Source of the DNA: Marsupella aquatica
Lineage: Eukaryota; Plantae; Marchantiophyta
Assembly: GCA_973895155.1 (NCBI GenBank)
Contig: OZ316891.1
Span: forward strand, 20,036,069 to 20,100,068
Direction: 5' to 3'
DNA length: 64,000 nt
Positions 1 through 13,779 of this stretch are shown piece after piece; position 1 is the stretch's first letter, and every line of letters starts with the position of its first letter. Position numbers and translations under genes: made by a program. Under the pieces are notes generated by a model that was not told the DNA's origin, did not search any database, and worked only from the letters and a program-made list of their open reading frames with translations.

Positions 1-250
1 GAACACTGTCAAATGGCTATGGATAGATGTATTGATTATCTTGGATGGTTAATGTCCAGCGATTGACCGAGTTTAACTCTTGTGGCAATATTCAATTGTT
101 ATGTGTATTTATTTCTCTGGAATGTCAGTGAAAAGACCTCATTGAAATGAGTTTCTCAAATTTATGAGAGGCACATGTACTGATTAGCTTGGAAGGTTTA
201 CGGCCCTGACATGTGGCTGTGTGGACATCCTGTTTGCAGTTCGTGTGCAG

Positions 251-1530
251 GACAGCGGTGCCGGTTGGAATACACAGACATATGACGATGCCTTTTTTGA
301 TGATAACAAGAAGATATTTGAGTGGGACGATAGTGGAGCTGTAGAATATTTAAAGAAATCAGAGGTTAAATTACAGCAGGGCATAAGTTCAGAGTATGAA
401 GATTATCTGAATGAGTCAAATCAGTTTTCGGCCTCGATTGATTGGGATACGCGGTGGTTATGCACATTAGCTGACTGCGCTGAGGAGTTGGTTAATCGAG
501 AGGAGAAACGAAAAAATACGAAAGTGAGTACCACACGTAGAGATTTATCGGACAATTCAAGCGCCGTTATCTTAGGTCTTCCGGAGCCGCACGATGATAC
601 TGACTTTAGCGGTACACCATCTCTTCATCTTCCGCTCAACTTCGTCCCTGAACCCACGGGATGGGGTGAGGGAGAAGATAATCAGGCAGATACTCGGCGG
701 GAAGATTCACATATGCAACCAGTGATGGCGACATATCACGACGATGCGCAAGTAGAGCCTACTTTCCAGAGTGGTTGGAATATGGTGACTAACGATAGTG
801 AACAATTAATCACAGGGTCAGGGTGGCCCGAACAGCCAAGTTCTTATCAATACATCATTCCATCGGGCTGGGAGGATGTTGAGGTGGATCAGCCAGTCCT
901 TTCCTCAGGTTGGGGAGGCGGTGAGCGGGAGCCTCGCTCAGATGTCCAAATGCATCAAGCCGACATCAGATGGTGCGACCGCCCGCATTATAATAGTCGT
1001 CCAGCATGGAGTAACCCCCACGTCTTGGCAGAGTCTCCTCAAATTTATGGCAAATCTCATTCTGGAAAGCAGCAAGATTTTTACAACAAATGTCATAAAT
1101 ACGGTGAGTTCTCGTTTTAGTGGCACGTGATTACTTTTGAGCAGCTTTTCATTGATCGTGGTAGTTTCAAAAGTTGGCGTGTGACTGCGCTTGGAGAACA
1201 GAGCCTTGTATTTTGGGCTAGACATAAAACTGTCTTCACATCATTTTGGAATACCATCAGAGTGGGACACGGCGTTTGATCAGCAATCCATTTAAGTGAT
1301 TAGCGTAACTCTTTTGTGGGAGATTGATAGGCTGGCGGCCAAAACGAGCAAGTGAAACGAATACTTATGAATCAACCGGACGAAAAAGTATGCAGAGACC
1401 CGGAAGACCAATTTCCACCATTCACAGAGTCAATCTCGATTCCAGATCTCCTCGGGTAAACCGATCGGAACGCTCCAAGCCCCAGTGGCTGACAGTTGAC
1501 AACATCAATCATGGTATACAGCTTACTTAG
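251..1530 (+). CDS. 3' part of an uncharacterised plant protein (WDDS...IDW motif, GW-rich low-complexity tail); start lies upstream or is unresolved
   Basis: Long ORF 221-1120 with a probable acceptor (tgtgcag) ending at 250 and donor TACG|GTGAGT at 1103/1104. Splicing to acceptor gatag|G at 1331 keeps frame (Y-G-W) into the ORF ending at TAG 1530. Exons ~251-1103 and 1331-1530. KIFEWDDSG...SIDWD resembles a motif recalled from a plant-specific unknown-function family. Confidence 0.65.
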
Positions 1531-1949
1531 TATGTGGTCTGCCAGACACAGAGGAACTTCTCCGTCAGGTTTAGTTTAGAAGTACTAAATTCATGCTTGC
1601 ATTCAACTGTAGCCACGTCGTGGATCCTAGTTCCCCTTAGAATTGCAGGCAAACTTTAGTTGCCTATAATCAACTTCTCGTTCTTGTGATATTCGAGCGT
1701 AACATGTAGATTGTGATTCGGCGACTTGTAATCTCCAAATGTGTTAGTGTACAGTCCTTTCTTCCTTTTGGTCTTATCGTGGTAAGTGGCATCTGTGGTT
1801 GGTCAGAATGAATAACACTCGTTAGGGTGGTCGACTGCCGCTGCATATGGAGCTCATCTTACGATTTTGCCAACCCAGTCTTTTTCAAGCTGGAGAATAA
1901 TTATGTGTGATCTAAGGAGCCTGGAGAGTTTGAACTAAGCATGAGGTAA

Positions 1950-3260
1950 GGATTGGTGAGTGTGGCGAGTCTTTTCTAATTTCTTGCAATTGTGGGACGC
2001 TTCAAGCAGAGCTTGTTGATGAATTAAATTGTTAACAAGAAAGTTTCAAGATGAACGTTCTTTGGTTCTGGATGTGGTCCCAGGCTGTACAACGGAATGA
2101 GCTGGTCTCTCTGTTGTATGCTAGGAACACCGGTGCAGTTCGTGTATGTAGTATTCCATGTTGACCTTATCCCCAATTGATTTTGGGTCTTGTTTTGTGG
2201 AGCTTTCAGGACCATATACCAAAATTTTGTCTCGTGCTGTTTATGTTTTGTAATCAGGAAACCTTGATGAAGGGCGGAGGATGTATCAGAGATATATTTT
2301 CGATATAGAAAGTTTTGAAAGAGGACGGTTTTGGGGACAAGCCCTGTAAGCTCAACCATGAAGCTCAAGCTTATTTTTGTTCGATTGAGCCCTCAGAGTT
2401 TCGGATACAAGTCTCCAGTGAAGAATAAGTGTGGAACTTCTCGTGCTTTCGAGGAAGGTTCATGCGCTTCAGTTGGTTCTTTCTGCAGTAAGTCTATAAT
2501 GTAAAGGCTTTTCGTCAACAGCTTTTGGACCCCAGACTAAGTTGTACTAGTTTTCCTATCCGGCAATAGGATCCATCCCAGACACTTTGAAGGGTTTTTC
2601 AGTAAAAACTTTAGTGTTGCACAGTTCGGTAGCATGTACAGACATGATATTTGAACTATTTTTCGTGAATCGAAATTTGAGGAAGTGTATCAATAGTCCC
2701 TTCGGTTGTTGCACACCAAATGTGTCGGGTAGAAATCTGGGCAATGGGTTGGCTCATGGATGAATGTTTCTGGTCACGCCTGTCATTGATAGATTGCGGT
2801 TGGGAACTTTCTTCTCATGGAAATTGCATTGTCCCTGATCTGGAATGCAGTAATTATGGAGTACACTTGATGTCTGTGGTTCTCTTTCAGCATTTTGAGC
2901 TATCCAGGATTTAACTCGATGATTGATTGTAATCGTCTGCTTTAGTCAAATCGGTCATTCTGCAAAGCTTCCATAGCTCTAAACTCACTAATTCTTCGAT
3001 ACCTGCCGTTACATTTTTGTTCCATCTTGCGTCACCTGGAAAGAACCGTTCTGAGAAAACTTCCGAGTTTGTAATCAGATCTCGTCGTGAGGGATATACT
3101 GCCAAGGTAACGCAATTTGACGATATACTGCCAAGGTAATGCAATTTGAAGTGTTTGTTGGGGACTGACTTTCTGTGCAATCTCGTTTCCTCGGTTAACT
3201 CTGCTCATCATGGTGGCTAGACTGGTCGGACTGCCAATTCCCACTTTACTTGCTCTTCAT
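1950..3260 (-). mobile_element. Highly degenerate LINE (L1-like) endonuclease fragment
   Basis: Broken minus-strand peptides loosely resemble APE motifs in the expected order: KVGIGSP (~NVRGLG), IMSVHAT (~SVYAP), LYRKYIS (~DRFYIS), RDQLIP (~SDHxP). Many stops. Confidence 0.3.
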
Positions 3261-3704
3261 GAGACATATCGATGCCACATTGCTTGTGCGATAGTTTCCA
3301 GTTCTTAACTCGCGCCAGCTAGTTCGTGAAGGTATCTAGTCCAGTTGAAATCAACCTTTAACGAGAAAGAATTTGTGATCTTCGCCGAAGTCAATCCCTG
3401 TCTTGCAAGGGCCTAAAATGTGCCACGGACTGGAGGGCCCGGTCCTACACGGAGACAACACCATTATGGTGGATCTCCCATCTGACCAAGTAACGGCATT
3501 TGAGCTGGCCCAGTAGCATTTCAAGTAAATGAATTTCTGCCACCAGTGTGACCGTCAGTTCCCTACTGACTAACTATCGATTACGTGATGCGTCGCGAAA
3601 GTTTTTAACTTCTCAGTTGTAATCTGGAGTTGGTAGATTTGTTAGAATGTAGAGAATGGACAACCCAGGAGACTGAAGCAGGGATGGACCACCATGTTGA
3701 CACA

Positions 3705-4085
3705 TCGTTTCATGGATCACATTGTGGGTACATGGGAGTTTGGGGCCAATAACTTGATGGATCACATTGTGGTAGTACATGGGAGTTTGGGGCCCATAAC
3801 TTGATACTATGAGTCCTAAATATTTTTTAGATGCAGGCAAGGCAATCCATGGGAGTTTGGGGCCAATAACTTGATGGATCACATTGTGGTGGTACATGGG
3901 AGTTTGGGGCCCATAACTTGATACTATGAGTCCTAAATAATTTTTAGACGCAGGCAAGGCAATCCAGGGGAGTTTGGGGCCCATAACTTGATACTATAAG
4001 TACTAAAATAATTTTGCGTTTTGCACCATTGTGGTGGTCCATCTGAGTTTAGGGCCCATTACTTGATGACTATGAGTCCTAAAAA
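3705..4085. repeat. Tandem array of ~119-bp units built on the GGGAGTTTGGGGCCCATAACTTGAT motif
   Basis: Motif repeated about 6 times; the translated ORF 3613-3984 repeats GPKLPWIALPASK. A related motif recurs near 34815-34865. Confidence 0.85.
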
Positions 4086-4244
4086 GATTTTTGGCTAAAT
4101 TCAGTTTTGTGATGGAGGCCCTCAAATGGCTGGCTCAAAAACTCTTTGGCCACAAGATTTTATACATATTCTGAAAGAATATATAGATACTTTGTGCTTC
4201 TATACAATTCCTTTTGTTTGTTTAATGTTTTCTTGAAAATTAAG

Positions 4245-4940
4245 TGGGCAGTTGTGGACTTTTAATGTGATAATTAGTTTTGAAATATTTTCCTCCTTTT
4301 AACTTAGAGTTTTAAGGGTATCTTAAGAGGAGGGACACAAAAGGACTGAAGGGGAACATTTTGCTTTTCAAAAGTCTTTTTTCCTTTTTCTTAGGGAAGG
4401 GGGAGGACACTGGCCAAGTCCTATGAACCACACCAAACAAGCAGTCATTTGTCTCATTGTCAAGTATGAGCCTTAAGTATCTTTTTAGTAAGCAAATGAC
4501 CCTTGAGACTCTAAATTTGTCCAACCTTTAGCACAGAACTATTACAAGTACTCCTCTTCTTAATGCAACAAAGTGTGTAACTACATTCAGTTGGCCATGA
4601 CTGACCCCCTAGGTCAAGGTTGGGGTACATTGTTTGGCGAGAATACTTATAGATGGAAACTGTTTGTAATAACTCAAACCAAAACTACACAGAGATAAAG
4701 TACATGGGTGTGATCAAGGTCAAATTGTAAGCATTGCTCATCGGGTCATCCACTCTAAATTCCACTTCTTCGCTCAGTACATAGGGGAGTACATAAGGAT
4801 TTGATGTTTCTACATGATGTCACATTGTTCTCCACAACAATTACATCATCCTTTATTTGCCTTTGCATAAATGAATTAACTCATTAGCTGCAGGAACCCA
4901 AAGCTACCCACAAAGGTTCATGATGGGGCAACACAAAATT
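4245..4940. repeat. Dispersed non-coding repeat family, copy A
   Basis: Shares CATTGTCAAGTATGAG, AAGCAAATGACCCTTGAGACT, CATTCAGTTGGCCATGACTGACCCCC and AAAGTACATGGGTGTGATCAA with 62335-62960, and GTGGACTTTTAATG...CACAAAAGGACT with 39650-39750. Confidence 0.8.
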
Positions 4941-5027
4941 CCATGATTGTACATCATTTTAGTTGTGCCTCTAGTTGTATCTTGTGGTCAAAACTACTAG
5001 CTGGGAACCATGGTATAAGGTTCAAAT

Positions 5028-7112
5028 TGTAACTTCTAACTTCCGGATTTTGTGCAATACAAGAAAATTAATAGTCCTCTTGAGGTAGGAAATCATGAGA
5101 GAACATGGGTTCCGACAGCGGACGGTTTCAAATGCAAAGGCAACTCGTATGTCGTGTGCATACACATCACTACACAACATACATTACGTGTCATACAAAT
5201 CCAAACGTATGCACGAACAAACATAGGAGAATTGAATGAGAATTGAATACAATTAGAATTCATGTCCACACATGTCCAAACCCACAATCTTCAATGAATC
5301 AAAGAGCAATTGTAACCAACAATACACAATCAATCCTGCCCAATCCAATTCATCACAAATGTTGAGCCAAACACACCTTGCATCTCAAGGAATCCATGTT
5401 ACATGCAGCCATACAAATTTGGTTGGCTACCATAGCCATTCAAGCTCATGCTTGAAAGCTCAACATTAAAAGATGAAGCCTCCAAGCCACCACAAGGGGA
5501 TAACTATTAGTCGCGGAACTCGACTACCTTAACACTTAGCTCCGGCGTCGCTGACTCCGACGCCGAACTCCCTTATGGTCCAGGCCCGGATAGGCCATCT
5601 GGGGAGGACTTTGCATGGGGAGACTAGTGGGCAATGAGACGTGGCACTAGTGAAGGCAAGGAGCCAAGCTGGTGACACACACTAAGGACTTAGGCGAGCT
5701 GAGAGCTGGTCGGGTCAAGGGGAAAGGGGCCGGACTCAAGGTCGACCGTCCGGGCCCCCGAACGGACTTTGAGTTCCGAGGGCTTGAGTGTGAGCTCATC
5801 TTGGGCCCAAGGCCAATGGAGTTGACGCCATGGGCAACGGACGCGTGGGGCGTGAGTTAGGGCCTGATCCGGGTTTGGCCAATCGGGGACCCCGAGCGGC
5901 GATGAGACCTGAGGGCCCGGACATGAGCATTGGGTTGGCCTGATCACAATGGGCTAAGGCACTCCGCTTGCGGATGCCTAACGAGAAAGTTATGGCGTTG
6001 CCAGTTGGTGGCACGCCCACTATGCGTGATAGGATCCGGGTTGGAGGCCAAATGTTTAGGGACCAAAGTTGGTCCCGGGGACACAAGTCTCCAAAAGCAT
6101 ATATGAAGGGAGTGGTGTCTCCCTGGGGGCCAAGGGCGAGCCGAAGTCGTGAGCCGCGACGGTCACGACACTAAGGGAAAGTGCCAAATGAAAACGACGA
6201 TATCTTTCCAATGGGAAGTCTGTTGAAGGACTTCTTGGGTGCGTTGGAAAGCTCTTGAAGAGGGCTACGTCCTCCTGAGCTCAGCTGGGTCTGGGGGTGC
6301 CATGGGTTCTTGAGGTTTGCGGGTGTTAGCTCGCTCACTTGCCAAGTCCTACCAAACAGCAGCCAAGTTGCGTTTAGTATCCCAAGGGAGCTTGCGTTGG
6401 GGAGGCAAGCACAAGTAGGCATGGAGGTTGAGTTTCAAGGGTGCTCGGCCCCTAGATCATCAGTGGAGCGAGAACCGGGAGTTGGTTGCTAGAGTCGGGG
6501 CCATTCGGGTCCCGGCGTGTTGGGACAAGCTTGGGACAAGCTTTAGGACAAGCTACGCTGATTGGGCCATGAGCATGTCCTGGGGTCAGGGCGGTCAATT
6601 GGTGATGGATAGGTACGAGGGGGAACCCGGGCCGCGCCCAAGGAAGGATCTGTTCTGGACGAATAGTGGGCGTGGGTTCTGGTTTCGGCTTATGGCATCG
6701 GGAGGACCTATCGCTGACCTATTTACCAATGTCTGTTGAGCTTGAGTTAGGATGCTAGACTTGGCGAGTTCTAGATCCTGAAGGGTTACTTACCGAGATG
6801 TTTGGTTGCTTGTTCAGACAGTGAGGACCGTTGAGTAGCGGTCGTGTTGGAGAGCAAGTGCGGCTTCGTATGGGAGGGGCCGCTGGCGGTGCAATGGGCA
6901 CTAGGTTGCTTGCTCAAGGTATTCCGTGGAGGCATTGGGGCACCAGGGGCACTTAGGCGTGAGTGCTGGGATTGGCGATGACGTTGGGTGGCTAGGTCCA
7001 CCACTCTATTACTCCAAACATAGAGAAACCCTAAAGTGCTCAAATAACACGTATATGAAATCTCTAAACTCAGACCACAATAGACTCTAATAATACTCAT
7101 AATGGTGTGACA
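5028..7112 (-). mobile_element. Putative solo LTR (~2.1 kb, Gypsy-like)
   Basis: GC-rich non-coding block bounded by TGTAAC (5028) and GTGACA (7112), i.e. TG...CA with a short imperfect inverted terminus. It sits between two parts of the dispersed repeat family. No clean TSD (CAAAT vs CTTAT); orientation uncertain. Confidence 0.4.
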
Positions 7113-8399
7113 CTTATTGCTCCACGGTGGCCAAAATCATGCAACCATGTATTAGTTTTTGCATAGTCATGGGCAGTTTGGGTACAATATCTCAATAAGA
7201 TTATCTTTGACATCTTTAATTGCCTATTGTTTACATGGTTGTGAAAAGAATGAGTACAGTGCTTGCTGAGTGGTCTCAACTTCCATGATGCCCCATTTTT
7301 TGCAACTCAATTCTAGGTAACCATAGGTTTGTTTTAAGAATAATTGGAAAATGATATCCAGATTCTCTAGGTAGTTCTAGGTTTTTTGAAAATAATTGGA
7401 CAATGATCTCCGGAATGTCTAAAACATGATTTTTATCTTCAGAGTAATATCATTTTCTTAACATAGTAGCAGTGTAATTGTGTTCAGCCTTTGTGGCCCA
7501 AGCCCCTCAGTCACAGGTTAGTTTTGCATCTGCAAGGCAACTAAATAAAGGAGCCCAAATATTTCATAAACACAATTGAATATAAATCTAATGTAATTCC
7601 AGTCCGCAACCAAAATGAAAATTAATCTAATGAGTGATTTAATATTTCATATTAACATAATGAAAATTATTCTAATGGGATATTTTTAATTTTAATTTTT
7701 AATCTAATGGGATTTTGCCAATTACAACCAAAAATGGCCAAAAAGTCAGTATCGCAATGATGAAAGCATAGCTTACCGACTCCTCTAAACTATCCTCAAA
7801 ACTGTAACATACCTCAAATTAAAATATGAAGTTATCACAATCAGACTCAAATGTTGGGAAACATGGTCCATTGGGGTTTCAAAGATCAACATTGTGGATC
7901 ATGGGGGTTTCAAATTCTCTCATACAAAGCTTACAAATACTATTTGAGCAAAGGGTCTGGATGGAGATGCCATCCAAGCTTTTGTATGGCCCCGCGGTCG
8001 ATGCTCCAAAATCAACCCTTCGCTCCTCATCCGAACTCTTCTAGTCCTGTACAGTGAATGAACGAAAGAAAGGCACCTCGTGCATATCTCCTCGTCCTGT
8101 CCCGTCATCCCATTCTATCCTCTTCCTTCAATTATATCAATTCAATCCCTCCCCTCCGTCCTCCCTTTTCCTTCCTTCCATAGCTGCATCACTCTGTTCT
8201 GATCCAAGCTTCCTCGCCCTCCCCTCCCCCATTCTTCCTCGGTGGGTGTGGAAAAGTGATGTGGTGAGGTGAGGTGTGCTTCACGGGGATGTGTTTGAGA
8301 CTGGAGTGAATTGAGGTGTTGGGTTGGATTGGATTGGATTCGATTCGATATTGTCGCATTTGGGTTTGATTTGGTTTGGTTTGGGTGAAGTGGAGGAAA

Positions 8400-8522
8400 T
8401 CGTCGACGAGCTGCAGACGGAGTGGTGGAGTAGATAGGCAGAGGTTGGAAGAGGAGAGCTGCTTGGTCGAGGGAATCGTCGACAGGCTGCGGACGGAGTG
8501 GTGGAATAGTTAGGCAGAGGAT
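8400..8522 (+). repeat. Imperfect direct duplication (~46 bp, ~76 bp apart) in the bS6c 5' leader
   Basis: TCGTCGACGAGCTGCAGACGGAGTGGTGGAGTAGATAGGCAGAGG versus TCGTCGACAGGCTGCGGACGGAGTGGTGGAATAGTTAGGCAGAGG. Confidence 0.75.
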
Positions 8523-8562
8523 AACAGAGGAGGAGAGAGGAGAGAGGAGAGAGGAGAGTGTC

Positions 8563-9468
8563 ATGGCCTCGGCAGTGGGAGCCGCCTCGGCAGCGGGCGT
8601 GATGAGCTTGGCGCAGCAAGGAGTCGGAGCGGTGGTGAGTAATGCTCAAGCGACGAGGGTTGCAATTTTGTCCGGAACGAAAGCCAGCAGCGGCAGGGCG
8701 GTGAGGAGATACTTGTCTGCGGTGGTGTCGAGAGCACCCGGAGCCGTTGTAGCTGTCAGGGCCGTGGCCATGCAGGATTCCTTGACGGACGAGGATTCGG
8801 AGGGGATTGGAGAAATGGGCATAGGGCAAAGGGAGCTCAAGGACTACCCCCCGGGTTTGCAGCGGTATGAGACAATGGCGGTCTTGCGGCCTGACATTTC
8901 CGAGGAACAGCGTCTCGCTCTCACCCAACGCTACGAAGAGGTAGGCGGCTGACTTTCATTCTTTGTTTTGATTTGGTTTTCTCCATGTAGCCAGTCTTTC
9001 CTCCGGACTTTTCCGTAGGCGATTATGTGGACAGAATCGTTTCTGGCAGGAGCCGAAAAGAGTATTTTTGTCACAAATGTCGATGAGCCCTTTTACGAGA
9101 TCAGGAGAATTTCAGTCTAGGAGTTTATAAGCTCCTTGATTTGTGGTTCTACTATTTCTCTGTCTTCGTCTCTCCTTCGACACGTGTTGTAGATACAGAG
9201 GTTTTTTAAGCCAAAAAACTTGGATTGTTTTGTACAGGCAATTATAGCTGGGGGTGGTTTGGACGTCGAGATGTTCAACAGGGGAATGCACCCTCTTGCT
9301 TATGGGATCGGGACGAAGAATATGAGCGGAGTTTCTAGTAGATACTTGGACGGTATCTATCTGCTGTTCACTTATGTCACGAAGCCAGAGAGTCAGCTCT
9401 CCCTTCAAAAGAGGTTAAATGCCGATGATGATATCATCCGCTCCACGACTTTTAGGTTGAAGGTTTAG
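8563..9468 (+). CDS. PRPS6: Plastid 30S ribosomal protein S6 (bS6c), nuclear-encoded with transit peptide
   Basis: Exons 8563-8940 and 9238-9468 (GAG|GTAGGC ... TGTACAG|GCA). Ala/Ser/Val/Arg-rich transit peptide, then S6 signature YETMAVLRPD...NRGMHPLAYGI...DGIYLLFTY...NADDDIIRS. Confidence 0.95.
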
Positions 9469-11299
9469 TGAAACCGCTGAATCGATATTTGCGCCAGGAG
9501 ATGATTAATTTTTTTAATTCAAGATTTTTGATCACCTTCTTGGGCTTCTGTGTCATCGTGTGTGCACACTGGGGTGCTTCTACATCCTTCACCCAAGCTT
9601 CTTCTTCCCACTAAGCGTCCTCTGAACTTCGACCCGAAGAGAGCTCTTGGTAGCTCTGATTCAGCAAAAGGAGTCTGGGGGTTCATCTCCATGACGAACG
9701 TCCTAGTGAGATTTGACTTCCGAGAGTATAGCCTCATTGTCAAGGTAAACACTTGCATTATCGAGCCTCAGTCCCGCGATCAGTACATGTCTTACATGTT
9801 ATCTAAGCGTTAGATGGATTTTCAATCTCGTTCTTATGAGGGAAAGTGAAGTTATCCAAAGATCACGTGAAAAAGGCAAGCAGTGTATCCTCGATTGGCC
9901 CGAAAGTGTTGCAAGCAGGTTCTGTCCCGTCTTCAATCTATTTCTTTTTTTTAGCGTGGATTGTCTTCATCTCAGGACGACACATCGTCATTGCCTTGAT
10001 TTGGTTACTGTTTTCCTTCAACTTTAATTCGGGTTCTTCATACTCCCAAGGGATCATTGTCTTTCTTTGATTAGCTTTCATTTGAATGTTTCCTGGTCAA
10101 CATCGCGACAATCCTGTGTGTTATGCTCCCCATGCAACATATAATCCTGGTTTGATTCGTCGGACCTGATCAGAGAACCTCAGAGGCATGATAAAACTTG
10201 CAATAGTGGTACAGGAATCTGCAAATTAACGGATTGTACGCCACCGGGTGCATTCATTGGAACGGGTCTAGGTCAGGGCCCTCTCCTATTGGGACGTGTG
10301 GCTCTTTAGTGGGTTTAGTTGATGTCGTTCATAGTAGGATTGAAACCTTCGATCATGAATCTGTGAATTAATTTCGTTTCATCGTAGAGGATTTTAATTG
10401 CATTTCTCCATCTCCTAGCACTCATGTATTTACCTGGTTTTGGACCTTATAGTGATACAAGACGGTGTGGCTGTCAATAGGTCAGCCCCGATTTTGGACC
10501 ATTCTCAGCATCAAAGAGAGCTCATGCCGCACTTTTCTGCATATCTTCTTGAAATTTGTGGTCCTAATCTGGGAAGTATAGGTGCAGTGAAGTTCTACTA
10601 TCTGCGTGGCTGCCTCCTGTAGACGTAATCATCGTACAGGATTACAGGATTACAGGACCCTGTAGCAGGCAAGGCAGTCGAAACCCGTGGGATTGCCCAA
10701 TACCTGCAGTATCATCTCCTAACGGATTGTAAGGGTGCATACGTTGTTAGTGTGCATGTGGGCCCAGTTTGGAGGTGCATACAGGTCAGGGATCACATCA
10801 TGCAGTCCCTTCTGTTGTAGCACCATGTGGGATTGGAAATCTATTCCCAGAAGCGCATGACAAGTGCTTTGAGATTAGGAATAGAGTGTCCTCCTAAGAC
10901 ATTAGTAGCACTCAATCCGTAGGCACCAATCACATACTGTTTGTTCGTAGTCATCGTTTTCCGTTAACCAGTCTCAAGTACACATGAGCTCAGCTGTGTG
11001 TAAAGGACATGAGCCTCGGTAGTCGAATATAAAAACTCAAGAGTTTTTCTTGTCATGACCCATAATGCATTTTACTTCGTTCCAGCTCAGTTGCAGGTAA
11101 AGGATGTGAGAAAAGGCTCACTACCGTAGTACTCCCCTCAATGAATATGACGAGGAGCCACGTTTTCCATTCAATTAGAGGTATTTGCATCATCCACAGT
11201 AATGCTACCGAAAGATAACATGATGAGAGTGAGAACCCTGTTCCCTAGAAAGTGCTATTTTTCCATCCAGGATCTTCAACTATCGGAGATTCATTTAGG

Positions 11300-13745
11300 G
11301 AGGTTCAAATCTTAGGGTCCTAAGCTCTTAGCAATTTGTCATCTAGCTGGCGAGGTTGAAATGTACTAACCTATCATATACCTTACTTTGCTAAGGAGAG
11401 TACAACTTCCAATGTTTCCATCAATCCACCAACTGCACAATGCGCTCTAGCACCCTTACAGAAACCTTGCAAGTAGGTAATTCACAGTTAAAAACCATAT
11501 TTGCATTTGACAAGCAAAATTTTTGTCAAATTATAAAACATGAACTTCTGATAAAATGATATTGATAAAATGATATTTCATATCAAATAATGTGCTATGC
11601 TGTCCATCATATAATTCACATGAAAGTGGAGCGTATTTTTATTATTATTATAATGGAGTTTCACATTTTCTTGTAATCTTTTTATCTCAATGATCAGTCT
11701 ATCCAATCAAATTATAATTTATTGTTTTTGTTGTTATGACATATTTTGCTTTAGTATTAGACTTAGCTATATACTTTTGTAAAGTATACCTCCTTGTTGT
11801 AGATCTCTTTCAGTCTAGATCATATGTATAATTAACATTTACATACCTCATCAATGATCTAGTATTATTTGCATCAAATAATAGACCATGATTCATATTA
11901 CCCTTCAAATACCTAATATCCACTTGAATAACCCTAAGACAATTTGATAAACTCTCAAATTTTGTTGTTCTTCAGTGACTGCATCTCCAATTGCTTTGTT
12001 GCTATCCATTTTGGTTCTCTTTTGAAACACTTGCCTCATGAAAACTTCCTTTCAAATCAACGCATAAATTTCATCATCAGCAATTAAATACTCTCTTGCA
12101 ACTGAGATAAATCAATCCACTGTCCATACCTAGGAGGAGGACGATCAATGTAATCAAATGTTCTTCTAGTCGATGACTCTGGTTGATCTATTCCTGCTAG
12201 TACAATTTGAGGTTGAGTAGTAATCACTTGCTGCTCACCAACATCAATAAACTCTTCTTCTCTCTGATCATGCACCTTATGATCAATCTTTCCTCAACGA
12301 GATCCACAATGAGAGGTTTTCCTTTGTCAATATGTGAGACTTGAGTATTCTCCTCCTCTCTCAATAATCTGGATTCATTAAAGGAAACATTCATACTGAC
12401 AAACAATTTACACGCAATAGGATCTCGTAATTTGTGGCCTTCACACCACTTCAGTACCCAATAAATACGGATTTCTTGGACGTAGGATCCAACTCCATCC
12501 TATTTGGCTTTGGTGTAAGAGTGTACACATCACTTCCAAAAACTACCTAGCCATGATAGCCTCCTTGTCGCTTATAATGCATTTCAAACGGCATTTTAAA
12601 ATTGATTGCATTAGAAGAAGAAAGATTTTTACCAAATAAGTTATAGTATTGATAGCTCATGCCCCAAATTCCTGGGATAAACCTCCTTGGGTCCACATAT
12701 TTTGTGATCGCTCCAAAAATGTTTCATTGAGCCTCTCAACGACACCATTCTATTGCAAAGTATAAATTGTGATGAACCCGATGGTGAAATAGAAAGTTAT
12801 CACATATTCTGCAAGGCACACTTCAAATTCAACAAAAGTGTACTCCTCGCCTTTGTCTGACCTCAAACTTTTTACCCTTGTCTCCAAATATTTAGCCATG
12901 TTTCTAGTTTGATTCTCCATTTGGGCCTTCTATTTCTTGAAAATGGACAAGACATCGCACTTATGCGTCATGAAATAAATTCACATAGATCTTGAGTAAT
13001 TGTTAATGAAAGATACACAATACAATTTTCTAGAGCGTAAGGGAATTGAAGATGGACCCCACACCTCACTATATGTACTCAAGAATCGTTTAGAAACGAT
13101 GAATAAGCATGCATAATTATGTTGTTTTCCAAAATGCAATGCTCACATAAACCTAATTTACCTGAAGATTGCAAATCATAAATGAACTCATTCTTTTGGA
13201 AGATAGTCAAACCCTTCTTACTCATGTTACTTAGCCATGAATGTCATAATTAGTCATCTCCTCGTGAAATTTGGTTATATTGGCTTCTCTGCAAATCGTA
13301 CTGCGTTATAGCACATACAAATTCTTCAGTTTGCTCATGATCTTCAAGATCATCGTCTTTCCTAACATGACTTGAAGTACAATGTTAATCACTTTCCATT
13401 GATGATCATTTGTATCCGACACACACGGTGAAATCAAATTCTTATGCATGTCGGGTATGCTATATACTGTGCGCACATTGTCATCAAATATTTGAATCTT
13501 TACAGACTCAATACTCTCAACTCAATTGACAAGAGTAATCATTTTCTATCAAAACTGAACCATTTGAAATATAATAAGAACTAAAAAACTCACAAATGTA
13601 GCAAATATGAAAAAGAGTAAGCACAGTCAAATGTGTTCTCAATTTACTTTGTTCTCTGCCATTTGTGTGTTGTTGTGACCTCCCATGATTCATATTCAAG
13701 GCAACACCACACGACAATAATGGCTGAGAAGACATGGTCAAATTT
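11300..13745 (-). mobile_element. Degenerate Ty1/Copia pol fragment (protease/integrase/RT/RNase H remnants)
   Basis: Minus-strand remnants include an integrase C-terminal stretch ending KLRDPIACKLFVSMNVSFNES, an RT N-terminus (SFHEA...W...EMQSLKNNKI*E) and RSTT (RNase H-like). Many stops and frameshifts; boundaries approximate. Confidence 0.8.
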
Positions 13746-13779
13746 TGCTACAAGTCATTAGTCAACATAGCACTTCCGA

